64,000 bases of DNA from Fimicolochytrium jonesii (taxonomy: Eukaryota): the NCBI RefSeq assembly GCF_025526975.1, contig NW_026515678.1, forward strand, positions 310,001 to 374,000, given 5' to 3'. This document shows, in pieces, positions 21,478 to 35,275 of this stretch. Every line of letters begins with the position of its first letter. Position 1 is the stretch's first letter. The notes under the pieces are model-generated. The model did no database searches. It was not told where the DNA came from and saw nothing but the letters and a program-made list of their open reading frames with translations. Position numbers and translations under genes: made by a program.

Positions 21478-21800
21478 GGTTGCGCTGAAAGAGAAGTGAA
21501 GTATGAATAAAGTTGAAGGAAAACGCCTACGACCCTCTGCTTAAATAGGAATTGGGTACTCGTTCTCCTTTCCTTTTCCTGTCACCTAAAATAGGACACT
21601 CCCCGCATGCTCTTATCGTCCACATGACCTTATCTCCCGGATGAAACACAGGGGGTTGACCAATGGACTGATCTCATTTCGCAATATCCCCTCGTTGCTG
21701 CCCCACCTTTCCCTTTTCCAGGAAGAAGTAGCAACCCTGAAAGTCTATAAAAGGGAAACGATAATCGTATTTGCCTCATGCTTATCCACACCAACACATC

Positions 21801-22589
21801 ATGTCGTCCTTCCCCCTCAACAATCTACCTGCGGAAATGCTCACCGAAATGAGCCTTTATCTTTCCACTTACGCATTTGAGGATCTGCAACGCACTTCCA
21901 AGGAAATGCGGAAGATTCTAGAATACGCCGCAAAGAAAAGGAAGGAGGTCTCGGTGATTCAATCCGATTTACAAGTTTGGAGAAAAGTTTCTGCAGATCT
22001 CGCTAAAAGCTGTGACGCCTGGTTTCCGGATGATGAAGCTCCACCAACAGGTGCTGGTGTTCGCAAAATGATAATCGGTAGCTACTTCATCCGACATATA
22101 ATTGACACTATCCAATATGAAACCCGCAAGAGTATGGTTCTAATCGCAAGGAAACGTTGTCAGAACATCTTCGAAATGATTCTAAGCTTTCTGGAGCATC
22201 AGTGGGCGCTGATTATTGGGATCTCTGATCAAGACCCTGCAATCGCGGCGAAGAATTTTTTTCTCGTCTTTTTCTTTGACCACCTTCATACCCTAATGGA
22301 CGACAACAAACGGTGGGGTATTGAGGAGTATAGGACGGCAGCACATTTACACATACGGTCTCGACTGACAGAAATAGTGACCGATCACACTTATCCCTTT
22401 GATCAATGTGTGCCACGTTACAATTACGGATTTAATGCAGCTCGAACGTGGATGTCGCTAGTGAAGCGCTCCGAGTGCAAAGAAGACCCGGGTATCGAAA
22501 GAGCCTTCTACAGAGCCGGTCTTATCAAAGAAACGACCCACTCCTACGATGAATACGTGCGCAAATTTGTACAGCAGACGGACTTCTAG
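21801..22589 (+). CDS. Viral F-box protein 2, paralogue of 20170-20973
   Basis: LNNLPAEMLTEMSLYL..DLQRTSKEMR F-box; shares IIxS..RC..F..I and F.RAGLI with F-box 1. Confidence 0.7.
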   Translation: MSSFPLNNLPAEMLTEMSLYLSTYAFEDLQRTSKEMRKILEYAAKKRKEVSVIQSDLQVWRKVSADLAKSCDAWFPDDEAPPTGAGVRKMIIGSYFIRHIIDTIQYETRKSMVLIARKRCQNIFEMILSFLEHQWALIIGISDQDPAIAAKNFFLVFFFDHLHTLMDDNKRWGIEEYRTAAHLHIRSRLTEIVTDHTYPFDQCVPRYNYGFNAARTWMSLVKRSECKEDPGIERAFYRAGLIKETTHSYDEYVRKFVQQTDF

Positions 22590-22710
22590 CGGAGTTCTTG
22601 GTCACCTGTATTTGTAATTTCTTTCTCTTTCCTCTCTTCTTTCTTTCATTGTATGTAAAGGCTCTTCCTCGTTTCAATAAATGTTTCATTCTTTCATTCA
22701 TTCTTCAATA

Positions 22711-23172
22711 GCCTTCAGTAGGCTTCCGAAGGGTGTCGAAGGCTTCTGCAGGCTTCTGAAGGTTGCCCCTTCGCGGTACTTTTTCCTCGAAAATGCGGGT
22801 ATGAATCTCCGCTCTCCATAGAATAATTTTCTTATGATTTTCTCAAATCTCGCATCTATGGAGAGCCATGGAGAGACTTACTCGATCTCCCTCCATGCGT
22901 GAAATTTCTGAAGATTTTTCCCAAAAATAGAATCATGGAGAGAGCCGGTGTGATCCACAGGAGCTCCGCTCCATTACGACAGCGCGACGCACACCCGTCA
23001 CTCGATGACCCGGAGCGGAGTGCACACCAAAGCTTCATCGGACTTGGTGCGCACTCCATCGGACTCGATAAATGACGGTCACGTGAGGTCGCGTGAGGTC
23101 ATGGAGGGATTTATGGTGTTAGGAACGTGTGTTTAAAAACTGCGGTTATAATCCGTCCACCCACTCACTACT
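22711..23172. repeat. Putative right terminal inverted repeat region: decamer repeats, a chain of hairpins and an ACTACT end
   Basis: Decamers at 22711-22770; inverted pairs 22811-22821/22856-22866, 22887-22897/22934-22944, 22964-22972/23012-23020, 23017-23030/23044-23057; terminus ccactcactact. Confidence 0.7.
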
Positions 23173-23946
23173 GATGTCCGGTCGTTGTCGGGGTGCCGCA
23201 TCAACCACCGCTGCTAGGGGACACATCGAACACCCATCAATAGCGCAGCGCAGGCCTTGTGTAAAACCAGGCCAGGGGCACTACGCCGATGCAAGCAAGC
23301 CCCTACACATCTTTGGGGACCGAAGGGGGATAACGTGAAACAATGTTGGGGGCAAGGAGAGCGAGAATCTGCGGGAACGAGCAGGAGATCTCGTGCTGGA
23401 ATGATCACCAAGTAATCGCCCCCCCATCGGTGAAGTGCGAGCGTTGGGCAGATTTGGGGGCCGGTGGTTTGCTGCGGTTGGGGTTCCGCGTTGGGTTGAG
23501 GAGAATGGTTGTTTGTTGTGGTCACGCTGCCCGGGTTTTTATATGCAGCTGGTGGATTTATGGCACCGTTGTTTTTGTCTCATCGTACAAGCGCATGGTA
23601 CGCTAGATGGGATGATCTTGCCCCTGTTCCTCTCCTCCTGTTGTAGCGGGTGACGGGATCATGCAAGCGGTAAGCATACTTCCCGTAACGCCCTCTTAAA
23701 AAGGGTTGTTGTCCTCCTGGCCTTCACATTGAAGGGTCACCGCGTGGAAACGGACGCGTTCGGGTGCTTACGCGATCTTGCCGTCACGCTCTCCTCTAAG
23801 GTCGCCGAGCATGCAAGAGATGCAAGACTACCATCCCACATCACGCACCACCAACCAAGGCATCACCACGAAGCTCAGGGAGCCACTCACCCACACCCCC
23901 CCGCTCCGTCCCCCGCCCCCTCCCAACTCCTCAGCCCTTCCGCATC

Positions 23947-25196
23947 ATGTGCGTCATCTACTTCGGCTTCGGCGTCGGCAACTACAACATGTACGTCCCC
24001 CCATCACATCTCCCTCCCAAACCCCCCCCCGCATCCTCACACCCCCTGTATATCGGTCGGTTCTTCCCCTCCAGAGTAGCAGCAGCCAACCGCGACGAGT
24101 ACCTCGACCGCCCCGCCACGCGCGCCCACCCGTGGTGCGAGATCGGACACCCGGGCATCCTCGCGGGGACCGATCTCGGAACGGTGCGGGTGCGCGACCC
24201 GTTGCAGCCCTCCCGTACCGCTGCACAGACGGCGACGGCGGGTGGGGACAGTACGACTCCGACTCCGGCTACGGCTACGACTGAGGCGGAGAGTCCGCTC
24301 CGGATCCACGGGGCGGGCCACGGGACGTGGATGGGGCTCAACACGGCGACGGGGACGGTGGCGTTCCTGACGAATTTCAGGGAGGAGCCGCGGTTGATGG
24401 ACCCGCGGGCGTTGTCGAGGGGGGTGTTGGTGCGGGATGCGCTGATGTTGGGTGGGGATACGGATGCGGATGCGGATGCGGGTGGAGATGGGGCGTCGCC
24501 GCTGGAACGCTACGTGCGGCGGGTGCATGGGGAGAAACATCTGTACAATGGGTTCAACCTCGTTGTGGGGCGGATCGACTCCACATCGCATCTCAACGAC
24601 CAACAACCCCTGGACGCGTGGTACGTCGGCAACCGCGGACCCGCACGTCCCGACCCGCCGCGCCGACTCCGCCGCGGAGTCGTGTACGGGCTTTCGAACG
24701 GCGTGCTGGTCGACGGGGTGTCGGATTGGCCCAAGGTGGAGGTCGGGAAGGGGTTGGTTGGGGATGCCATCAAGGAGGTATGGGAAAAATTCCCTCTTTT
24801 CATGTTTCTGATTTCCTCCTTCCTGTGTCAACGGCATGACTCAGATATACTTTACTCCCCCCGCTTTTATTTTTACAGTCCTCAACACCGAACGAACTGA
24901 TCTCCACCCTCCTGACCCACCTCAAGAACACGACCCAATACCCACCCCACACGCTCCCGGCCAACATGTACAATCCGGCCCTCGAGCACGCGTTATCCTC
25001 GATCTGTATCCCGCGCGATCGGTCGCCCGGGGGGAACTATGGGACCAGGTTGCATACCGTTGTTGTTGTGCGGCGGGATGGGAGGGGGGTGTTTGTTGAG
25101 GAGGGGGGAGAGGGGACGGGGGAGGGGAGGGTTGAGGTTGAGGTTGAGGTTGGGGGTGTGACGGGAGAGGGGCTGGGAACGGCTGGGGTAGAGTAG
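23947..25196 (+). CDS. TANGO2: TANGO2 / NRDE family protein (spliced)
   Basis: MCVI start, AANRDEY, GTWMG, LTNFRE, SRG.LV, YNGFNL, GLSN, WPKV, YGTR motifs; GT-AG introns. Confidence 0.9.
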
Positions 25197-25405
25197 TGGT
25201 AGATAGATGTACAGTATGATAGGGGTGGCCGGTTCTCAACCACTGCTGCACATTTGCCATAAACCTGTATATCGGTCATCAGACGGCGGCCCGAGGGAGT
25301 GGTGTTGAGCCCAAAAAGGGAAGATACTGTATGTATCCCGCTTGTAAAGAAGATGTGATATATACAGATGGCGGACGCCGTACCCCCGAGATTCCGCGTG
25401 GGGGT

Positions 25406-26410
25406 TCATGCAGTAAACACCGGCGGTCTATTCACTTTATTCCGCTGCAGCCGGACAAACAGCCAATCCACCGCGTCTTTCACTCCATCCCTGCCGCCAA
25501 AAAAAAACAAACAAAGACGCATCAACAATCGCCTCCCCCCCCCACACACACACCACCACAAACGTTCGACGTCGGGGATTGTTTACGCACCCTTTCAAAG
25601 CCGACACGCCAAGCACCTTACTATCCTTCGCCCCCAACTGCACCGCAATCGGGTTGAACACCTCCTTGATCTCATGCATCCGCATCGCGGACGGCACGTC
25701 CTGCTTGTTGGCCAGCATCAGCACGGGGACGCCTTCCACCTCATCGTTGGTTATCACGCTTTCTACAACAAAAACAAATCAATCAATCAATCAATCAATA
25801 TTCCCCCCCCCCCCCACTCTCTCATATGAACTGATGTATGATTTAGTTCTCGTACCGAAGGAAGTTTTCACCTCCTCCAACCGTTCCCGATCACACGCAT
25901 CGACTACAAACACGATCGCGTGGCATTCCGAGTAGTATTTGGACCAGATGCTGTGCAGCTCGCGTTGCCCGCCGAGGTCCCAGAACGTCAGGCGGGTGGA
26001 GGCGATATCCACTTTTCCCACTGTTGTCGAGAGAGATAGGCGGGGGGTTAGGTGAGGGATGTTTGGGGGGGGGGGGGGGGGGGGGGGGGCGGGGGGGGGG
26101 GGGGGGTGATTGATATACGCAACTGTTTAGACCGACGGTTGGCCCGATCTTTTCGGGGGGGAGGCCGGGGACGCCGAGGAATATGGATTTTATCTTTTCC
26201 AGGAGGGTCTGGAAGGGAATGGGCCCCGAGTCCAAGTCAGCTCTCCCCGCGTGTTAAAACAGCATACGTTCTCTCCCTCGCAAAGGTTGGCAAAACTTGA
26301 TGTGAGAGGAAACGCACCGTCTTCCCCGCATTATCCAGCCCCAAGATGATCACGTAGAATTCCTCCTTTTGCGTCCATTGCTTGTACAGGCCCGTGAAGA
26401 GCGTGTACAT
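25406..26410 (-). CDS. ARFRP1: ARF-related GTPase ARFRP1 (yeast Arl3-like), spliced
   Basis: MYTLFTGLY start, GLDNAGKT, PTVGLN, FWDLGGQ, ANKQD, SALKG; last exon DAVDWLFVRLQRNKVNRPP. Confidence 0.9.
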
Positions 26411-26868
26411 TGCGGCCCCCTCCCCTTCCCAAATTACAGATGTTCGTTGTTCGGTAAACGACACTCCTACGGGGTTGAATGCCGGAGGTGTTCTCGGCTG
26501 GTGGTGCGTCTTACTGGTAGGCGTCTTATGCGTCGAGGGTTGAAAGAACTCTGGAAAAGGAGGTTGGAGTAGAACCGGACGGCAGATGGTCTGTCTGTGG
26601 CTGCTGCTGCTGCTGCTCTCCTACGTCGGAGGCCTTTCTCACGGCTCTGAGGGTCCTGGGGGCCGCCGGGCGAGAGGAGTGTCAGGAAGTGCTTGAGCGG
26701 TGGGCGCAATGGGAACGCGCGCGGCCCTCTCTGGTTCCCCATCGGTTCCCCATCTCACCAGATCTCACCAGATCTCACCTCACTTCTCTCAACTCACACT
26801 CCCAATCCCCGACCCCTTCAGAATCAACCTCCTCGTTCACGACCCGCTGCCCCCTTCCGAAAAAAAAA

Positions 26869-27240
26869 ATGCCTCAATACTACCAACTGGGCCTCAACAT
26901 CCTCAACCTCGACACGCTCACCTCCCTCACCCTCGTCCGCCCAGGGCCCAACTCCTCCCGTTTCTCCATCAACGGCGCCGCAGAGATCGAGATCCCCCAC
27001 CCGCAGCACCACAACGCCCACTTTGGTGTGCAGAAGCTGATGGATGCGTTGGAAGAGAGGATGGTGGAGAGGAGGAGGGACGAGGTGGAGCGGGTGGCCG
27101 CGGGGAGGATGGAGGAGATGATGCTAGATGTGGGGCGGAAGATGGATGCGTTGTGGAATATGCCGGGCGCGCCGGGGTATGAGGAGGCAAGGAGGAGGTT
27201 TGAGGGGGTGGTTGGCGAGGGGGCGGAGGAAGGGGGTTAA
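26869..27240 (+). CDS. Intronless hypothetical protein
   Basis: 123-aa ORF with host-like codon skew; C-terminal LWNMPGAPGYEEARRRF. Confidence 0.5.
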   Translation: MPQYYQLGLNILNLDTLTSLTLVRPGPNSSRFSINGAAEIEIPHPQHHNAHFGVQKLMDALEERMVERRRDEVERVAAGRMEEMMLDVGRKMDALWNMPGAPGYEEARRRFEGVVGEGAEEGG

Positions 27241-29068
27241 GGGGTCGGATTGAGGGTGGGGGCGACTGTGGATGTGTGATACGTTTCGGTTATATAAGCC
27301 ATGGACGACCTGCAGATGGAACCTTCGACTCCCTGCGTGTATGCTCGTCGGCGCGCCCGACGGTTCTTCAATGCTGGATCTCTCGACTCGAGCCCAAACG
27401 TATCGGGCAAAGAGCCATCACCGGCTAGCGAGGGATCAGAGCGGCCGGATACTTGTGGGATTCGTCTACACCAGGATGGGATTCAACTACCGTGATGCGT
27501 CCCGGACTTATTCGTCTGACCGCCGAAATGAGGCTGCTGTCTCAACGTTGGATTGCACCTTGGGGTCCGATTGCTGGCCTGTATCCATGGGCCCCACGAA
27601 CGTCATACGCGATGCACACCACACGAAAATCGGGACAACTGCTTTTCCCTTCTCATGCATCTGGGGAGATCCACGGGTATACGAAAAAAATCAAAGTTCA
27701 CCATGCTATTCCGGTACAAAGACAAGCCTACACCCATTCCTCATCCGCCGTCGTGCATGTAATGCCACATTCACGAAACCTACGCGTATCGAGTCGCCCC
27801 CGCAGCGATGCACACAGCACACACATAGATGTTGAAGTAGGGATGAAACGATATCTTCATAATGGCAAACTAGGCACATACTTAGGCGTTGAAAGGCGGG
27901 ATGTATGATGATTGTAATAGCAACCACAGCGGGAAACTGCGTCTCGATCTTTTCAGATTTCCCCTTCTCCAAATGCATCATATTCGCGACCTATTGCACC
28001 AGACCTCGCATCGATTCGGCCAGAAGTGATCGTTCTCCTCCGCATTTATTGCGCTCAAGTAGATCGAGCCAAACCGCCCCTATACTGTATGTATCCCGCC
28101 CGGAGAGCGACAGGGGGGAGCAAGTAAATATAAAGTAATCCATCGAGCCATGGAGCCCCAATGATCTCCATTGAATCTCGAAAAACCCCCGGCCTTCCCG
28201 TAAACCCCATACCTGCAACCTCTCTTGGCCGCGTAGCTGCCGAGATTGCATAGACGGGATGTCGAAAACAGCAGCCATCTGCCTGAAATAGAGTGCATAC
28301 ACCACCCATCAACTCACACTCGCTGCCCCTTGACTTTGGCCGTATCACCAGATCCGAATCGTCTCCTTTTGATCTCTCAAGACACCCTACATCGCTCCTC
28401 CAATGCCCACCTCGCCAATGCATCGGATATCGAGCTTTGAGCGTTTTTTGAACCTGCATCCTCTTTGCGGGTGCAACGCTTCATCCAAAAAAAAAAAAGA
28501 ATATTTTAGCACTACCTCCGTTTTCCACGGCGGGGGTTCGGGACGAATCTGGGTCAGTCTGGCCGTGGAGACGTCACAGCATACGGTATGTAGATGGAAC
28601 TTTGATGTCGCAGCCCAGCCGGACGGCCGTGTCCGAGAAATGCTGAGTATAAACTAGGCCTGTGCGCTCCGATCTCCCAGATTCAGGTCCCCTTCTTACA
28701 TTCAGGGGCAAAGGATGCCGGTGGTGAACGAAATATTCTTGTACGTACATGACGTCTGATGGTCTGGTGAGAAGGAGGTAGATCGGGGTGCCCGGAAAAA
28801 CAGGCAGTCCCGACATCTGGAGGCAAAAAAGAGACGCTTCACCACGATACATCCGCTGGCTTTTTGATCTCTGAATGACGAAAACAAACCGCACCACCAA
28901 GACGCAACATAAGTAATTGATGAGAGATGTGGTCGTTTACAAACGGAGTAAAGACAGGAAGAGAGACAAAAGGAGGAACGCATGGTGATGTGATGTGGTA
29001 TGGTATTCTAAAAGTCCCTCTGAATGCCGCTCAGCTCAGTCTTCCTCGATTCTGATCTTTTCATCCCT

Positions 29069-31249
<2,181 letters not shown>

Positions 31250-33171
31250 GGCTGCGAGAGTATGAGGAGGGGGGGGGTATGCGATCCTGGGTGGGTAAAC
31301 AGGAGTCGCAAAAGCTTGCTTCTGTGGTTGCGCCGTCCGCCGTCTCTCTCCTTGTCGAGGGGGCGAATGAACAGCACCCGTTCCTTTCCGAGTCACGTGA
31401 TGTGGTGGTTTGTTTTGCGCGGCTTCGCAACCGATAAGAAACAAGTGACACCCCACTTGCTAAGGAAATCAAGTCCGCTGGGGCCCGCGAAAGCTGTGCG
31501 AGAAAGGACTTTCGCGAAAAGCCTGCGCATCCGGGCATTCGAACGCCGAGGCTTCCAACCTCAGCACTGAGCTTGACCTACATCATGCCAGCAAAGCGAG
31601 GTGGCTGGCCACGATCAACACGGTTGAGGACGCTGCCGTCGCGCGCGCCATTCAATCAATCAATGCTGAAGGCGATTCGTGCCGTACCCGTCTACCACCG
31701 GGCCGGTAACTCTATGGAGTTGTTCGTGGAGACGGGCATTTTAGTCGCCGACCGATTCATAGTGACGCTACAACCGCTCTCTTGCTGTAACTGCGTAAGT
31801 TATGTTCTGACCGAATATATATGGAGAGTACGACGTTTGGAGGGAGAAAACGGGCGAGCCCATCCACATCATCATGCACGGGGACGAGGGCGGCACGCCC
31901 AGCACCACGGCCGCTCTTCGGAGTGACCTCCAAGAGTTGGCCTTTGCTGGTATGCGTTGGAGGTTGTGGAGCATCCGATGAATGCTTGCTGTACGGTAAT
32001 TGACCAAACGTTGCCAGTGGTCCCCGTCATGCCGGCCCGCCAGCACAATTGACGTGGACACCATATTTCTCGAAACCGGAAGGGGTTCCGTCAAGACGAG
32101 AGCATTTGCTAAAGGATAGGGACATGCATGATGGGTACCCAACCATCTGGCGTTCAAGGACGGATTGTCGAAAGAAGCGCATTTCACTGTGAGGATGGAG
32201 AGTGGAGATTGCTAAAGGATGCGAGGGATTGCTTCGTGTCACTTGCTAATTCATTGCTGTCAGCCCCCGCCTGTTTCTTCTTCGCCACGCTATGTTCTTA
32301 CTGTAACGCATGTTCAACGTCCATTGCATATTGTTTTCCGGTTGCAGATCCACATAGGGGCAACGGGAACTTGACACCCTTCCCGAACGTTCGCCGTGTT
32401 TGACGCGTTCGTGTCCGAAGATGGGCTGATATAGCAACGCGGCTGATGTCCGGAAGACCCTCGCCAGCACCTCACCCGCACATCTTTCCGCTACTTTATC
32501 TTGTTCAACGTGCTGGTCATCTAGATCTATGTCGGAAAGAAGCTCACCAGCTGCATGATCGTTCCCTCCCTGCAATCGAGTCTCTTCTGCTTTTCGAACG
32601 AAGTTTGGATGAAAACCTGTCAATCGTATTAAAAACTGTCATTAGCCGTCAATCCTCCAAATGCCTTCCCCCACTTCACCGAATATTGATGCCACGTAAC
32701 TGCCTGCCACCCCTGCTTGCGCTTGGCGTGTGCGGTCTGCCCTCCACACCCCAGTACTTCCGTCCCCCTTGGCAGGACGCCTCCCCCTTCCTCTTCAGTG
32801 GTGTTCGGTGAATGGAACATTGCCGCGGATTGCCTTCTCTCACATGTGCAGGATACGTTATTGGTTATGATCCCATGCAACAGGGAGTGAAAGGGATCGG
32901 TTTTTTCTGTCGATGACCATCAGGGATCTTGGAAAGCGGTCATTAGCGGCGCGAGGAGCGGCTTGTGGAGGATGGAGGAATGTGCGGGGGGGATGGATTC
33001 GTAAAGTGACGGGATTGAATATATGCCAAGACGATTGTTGACAGGCCGATGAGGAGAATGTACAGTATATATAAAGAGCGCCTGCCTTCCGCAGACCTTC
33101 ACTCCGGATGTCAAAGCGGCCGATGCGTCGCTTTTCCAAAGCTGCAGCCAACGGATGTGTACCTGCCCGCC

Positions 33172-34975
33172 ATGCTCAACCTCCAGCTCTACGTTCGACG
33201 TCTCATCCGTCTCGCATCCATCTTCACTCTCACCATCCTCCTCACCCTCCCTCTGGCGCACGCTCAAGATCCACCCGTCCCAACCTCCGTAGCCCCCGAC
33301 ACCGTCCCAACCGGCGTCGCCACCCCCAGCGCAGTCCCAACAACCCTCGCCAACCCACCCCCGCCACCGAACACGCTCATGACAACACTCCCTTGCACAG
33401 CGACATCCCCGCGCATGCGCGTCGAGTTCCGTCAGTTGACCGACCAGCAGCGCCGGGACTACCTTGCGGCTGTTACTTGTTTGCGCACGCTGCCATCGAG
33501 GTTGGGCGCACAGGGGAGTCGGAGCGTGTATGATGATTTTGTGTATGTGCATATGCAGAGTGTGCCGATGGCGCATAATGTGGTATGTGTTGGGGGGGTG
33601 TGGCATATGCAACTTAATGTACGATGTGCGGGTTTATACGATGAGCAACCGGTGCGTCGACAAGATAACCAATCATACATCCCCTTTCTCGAACCACAAA
33701 CCCTAGGCCGCTTTCCTCCCCTGGCACCGCCCGCTCGTCTCCCTCTACGAAGCGGCCCTGCAAACCCTCTGCAACTACACGCACGCAATCCCGTACTGGG
33801 ACTGGAGCGTCGACGCCGGGCGGGTCTCCACGGCCCTCGTATGGAGCGTGGAGTACTTTGGCGGATCGGGGGACCCAGACAATGGGTACTGCGTGACGAC
33901 GGGCCATTTCGCGAATGAGAATGCGGCGTACCCCGACATGCATTGCTTGCAGCGGAGGTTTGCGGCGGGGGAGGAGGCGAGTCAGGTTGACGGGGATATG
34001 GAGGCTTCTCAATATAGGTGGGTTGGTCTTGGGGGTGTTGATCAGCGGGGATGTGTTCGGGGATGTGTTCTGACATCTCTACCCATGTCCTCCGCCGTCC
34101 GGGCTTCATTCGCACACCCATGTCCATCAATAAACAGCCCCGTAGAACTCCAATGGATCCTGCAACAACCCACGTACGACACCTTCCGCCGCGAACTCGA
34201 AAACCACCCGCACAACAACATCCACGGCGCCATCGGCGGCGACATGCCGGGCCTGATCACCAGCGTCAACGACCCCATCTTCTGGCTGCATCATGCTAAT
34301 CTCGATAGGTGGGTTGGTTCGACTCCACCCTTGCTCACTTCATATTGCACTGTCATTCATGTCCCAGCTCGTCTTTTTTTCGTAGGTGGTGGTACCTCTG
34401 GCAACAGCGCAACCCAGAGCTCGCCAACACGTTCAGCGGCAACAGACAGCGGGACGCGCAGGACGCTAACGATGCGACGCCGGACGATGTGATGATATAC
34501 AGTGGGATCTGGCCTGATTTGCGGGTCAGGGATGTGTTTAATACCGTTGGCGGGGCGAACGGGTTGTTGGTGAGTTTCCGTGCGTGTTTCAGGGGGGGGC
34601 ATTTGGGTTCAACGGAGGGCAAATGTCCGCGATCCTTTTTTCCTCCCGACCGTCGTCACTCACCCCCGTTCTGTATTCAACCCTCCCCCCAAACGATTTC
34701 CAACCCCCCAGTGCTACAACTACTCCGCCTCCCTCCCAACCCCCAACATCACCAACCCGCTACTCCTCCGCGTCTCCCAAGACTCCCTCCCCGACGCGCA
34801 ACCGCAGGCCGCCGCCGTTCGACTGCCCCATGTCCCCGATTCGGTCGTTGCTGCTGTTGCTGCGACGGCGGCCGCCGCCGCCGCGACGCCAACCAACGGC
34901 GTAAACGCTACGACGACGGCGAGAAGGGGTTTGAGAAGACGCTGGCGGGGGAGGATGACGGTTGGGGGCGAGTAG
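33172..34975 (+). CDS. Secreted tyrosinase / di-copper protein (spliced)
   Basis: Signal peptide, RVEFRQL, YDDFVYVH, FLPWHR, PYWDW, PHNNIHGAIGG, NDPIFWLHHANLDR. Confidence 0.9.
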
Positions 34976-35275
34976 AGGTTGGAGTGAGCTTGCGGCGTAT
35001 GTATTTACAGATCACAGACGGTGCGGGGCGACGTGGGGTAGACGGAGCGACCAAGTGGGAGTCCATGGCGTTCAGACCATCGTTGAGACTCTCTCACACC
35101 GGCGTATGTGGGGCTTGGGGAGGGGGATGCATGAATATACATTGGAAACAGGCTGTACTGCTTCTAATTCTGGAAGAATGTAGCGTATAGGTGCATTCTG
35201 TTCTCTATGCGAATCGGGCTCATGGCACTCTTAACGCTGAAAGCTACTACTATAAACAACGTGAACACTCTGCCT

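Larger units (their letters stand above)
1..23172. mobile_element. Endogenous Polinton/Maverick-like virus (PLV/adintovirus-like), right-hand part; left end outside window
   Basis: Co-located MCP, penton, A32 ATPase, rve integrase, pPolB and fibre genes; intronless compact genes; lower GC than flank; ends in CACTCACTACT (Polinton AGT-type terminus), after which GC-rich intron-containing host DNA begins. Confidence 0.93.

Noticed and set aside
22805..23110. CRISPR-like array (short repeats with ~35-40 nt spacers)
   Set aside because: Repeats are short, inverted and degenerate rather than direct; no cas genes; eukaryotic viral context
1..23172. Giant virus (NCLDV) endogenous fragment or bacterial prophage contamination
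   Set aside because: pPolB, rve integrase, a small MCP and an AGT-type terminus fit Polinton/PLV; no NCLDV core genes or terminase/portal genes seen
26064..26106. Long G runs (also ~37912-37931 and ~41783-41806)
   Set aside because: Intronic or intergenic homopolymers common throughout this host DNA; lengths unreliable and no specific function supported
27272..28983. Short ORFs in this region and in 31570-32900, 45526-47296 and 61725-63580
   Set aside because: No recognisable domains or consistent exon structure; cannot support a gene call, though spliced or decayed genes may be present
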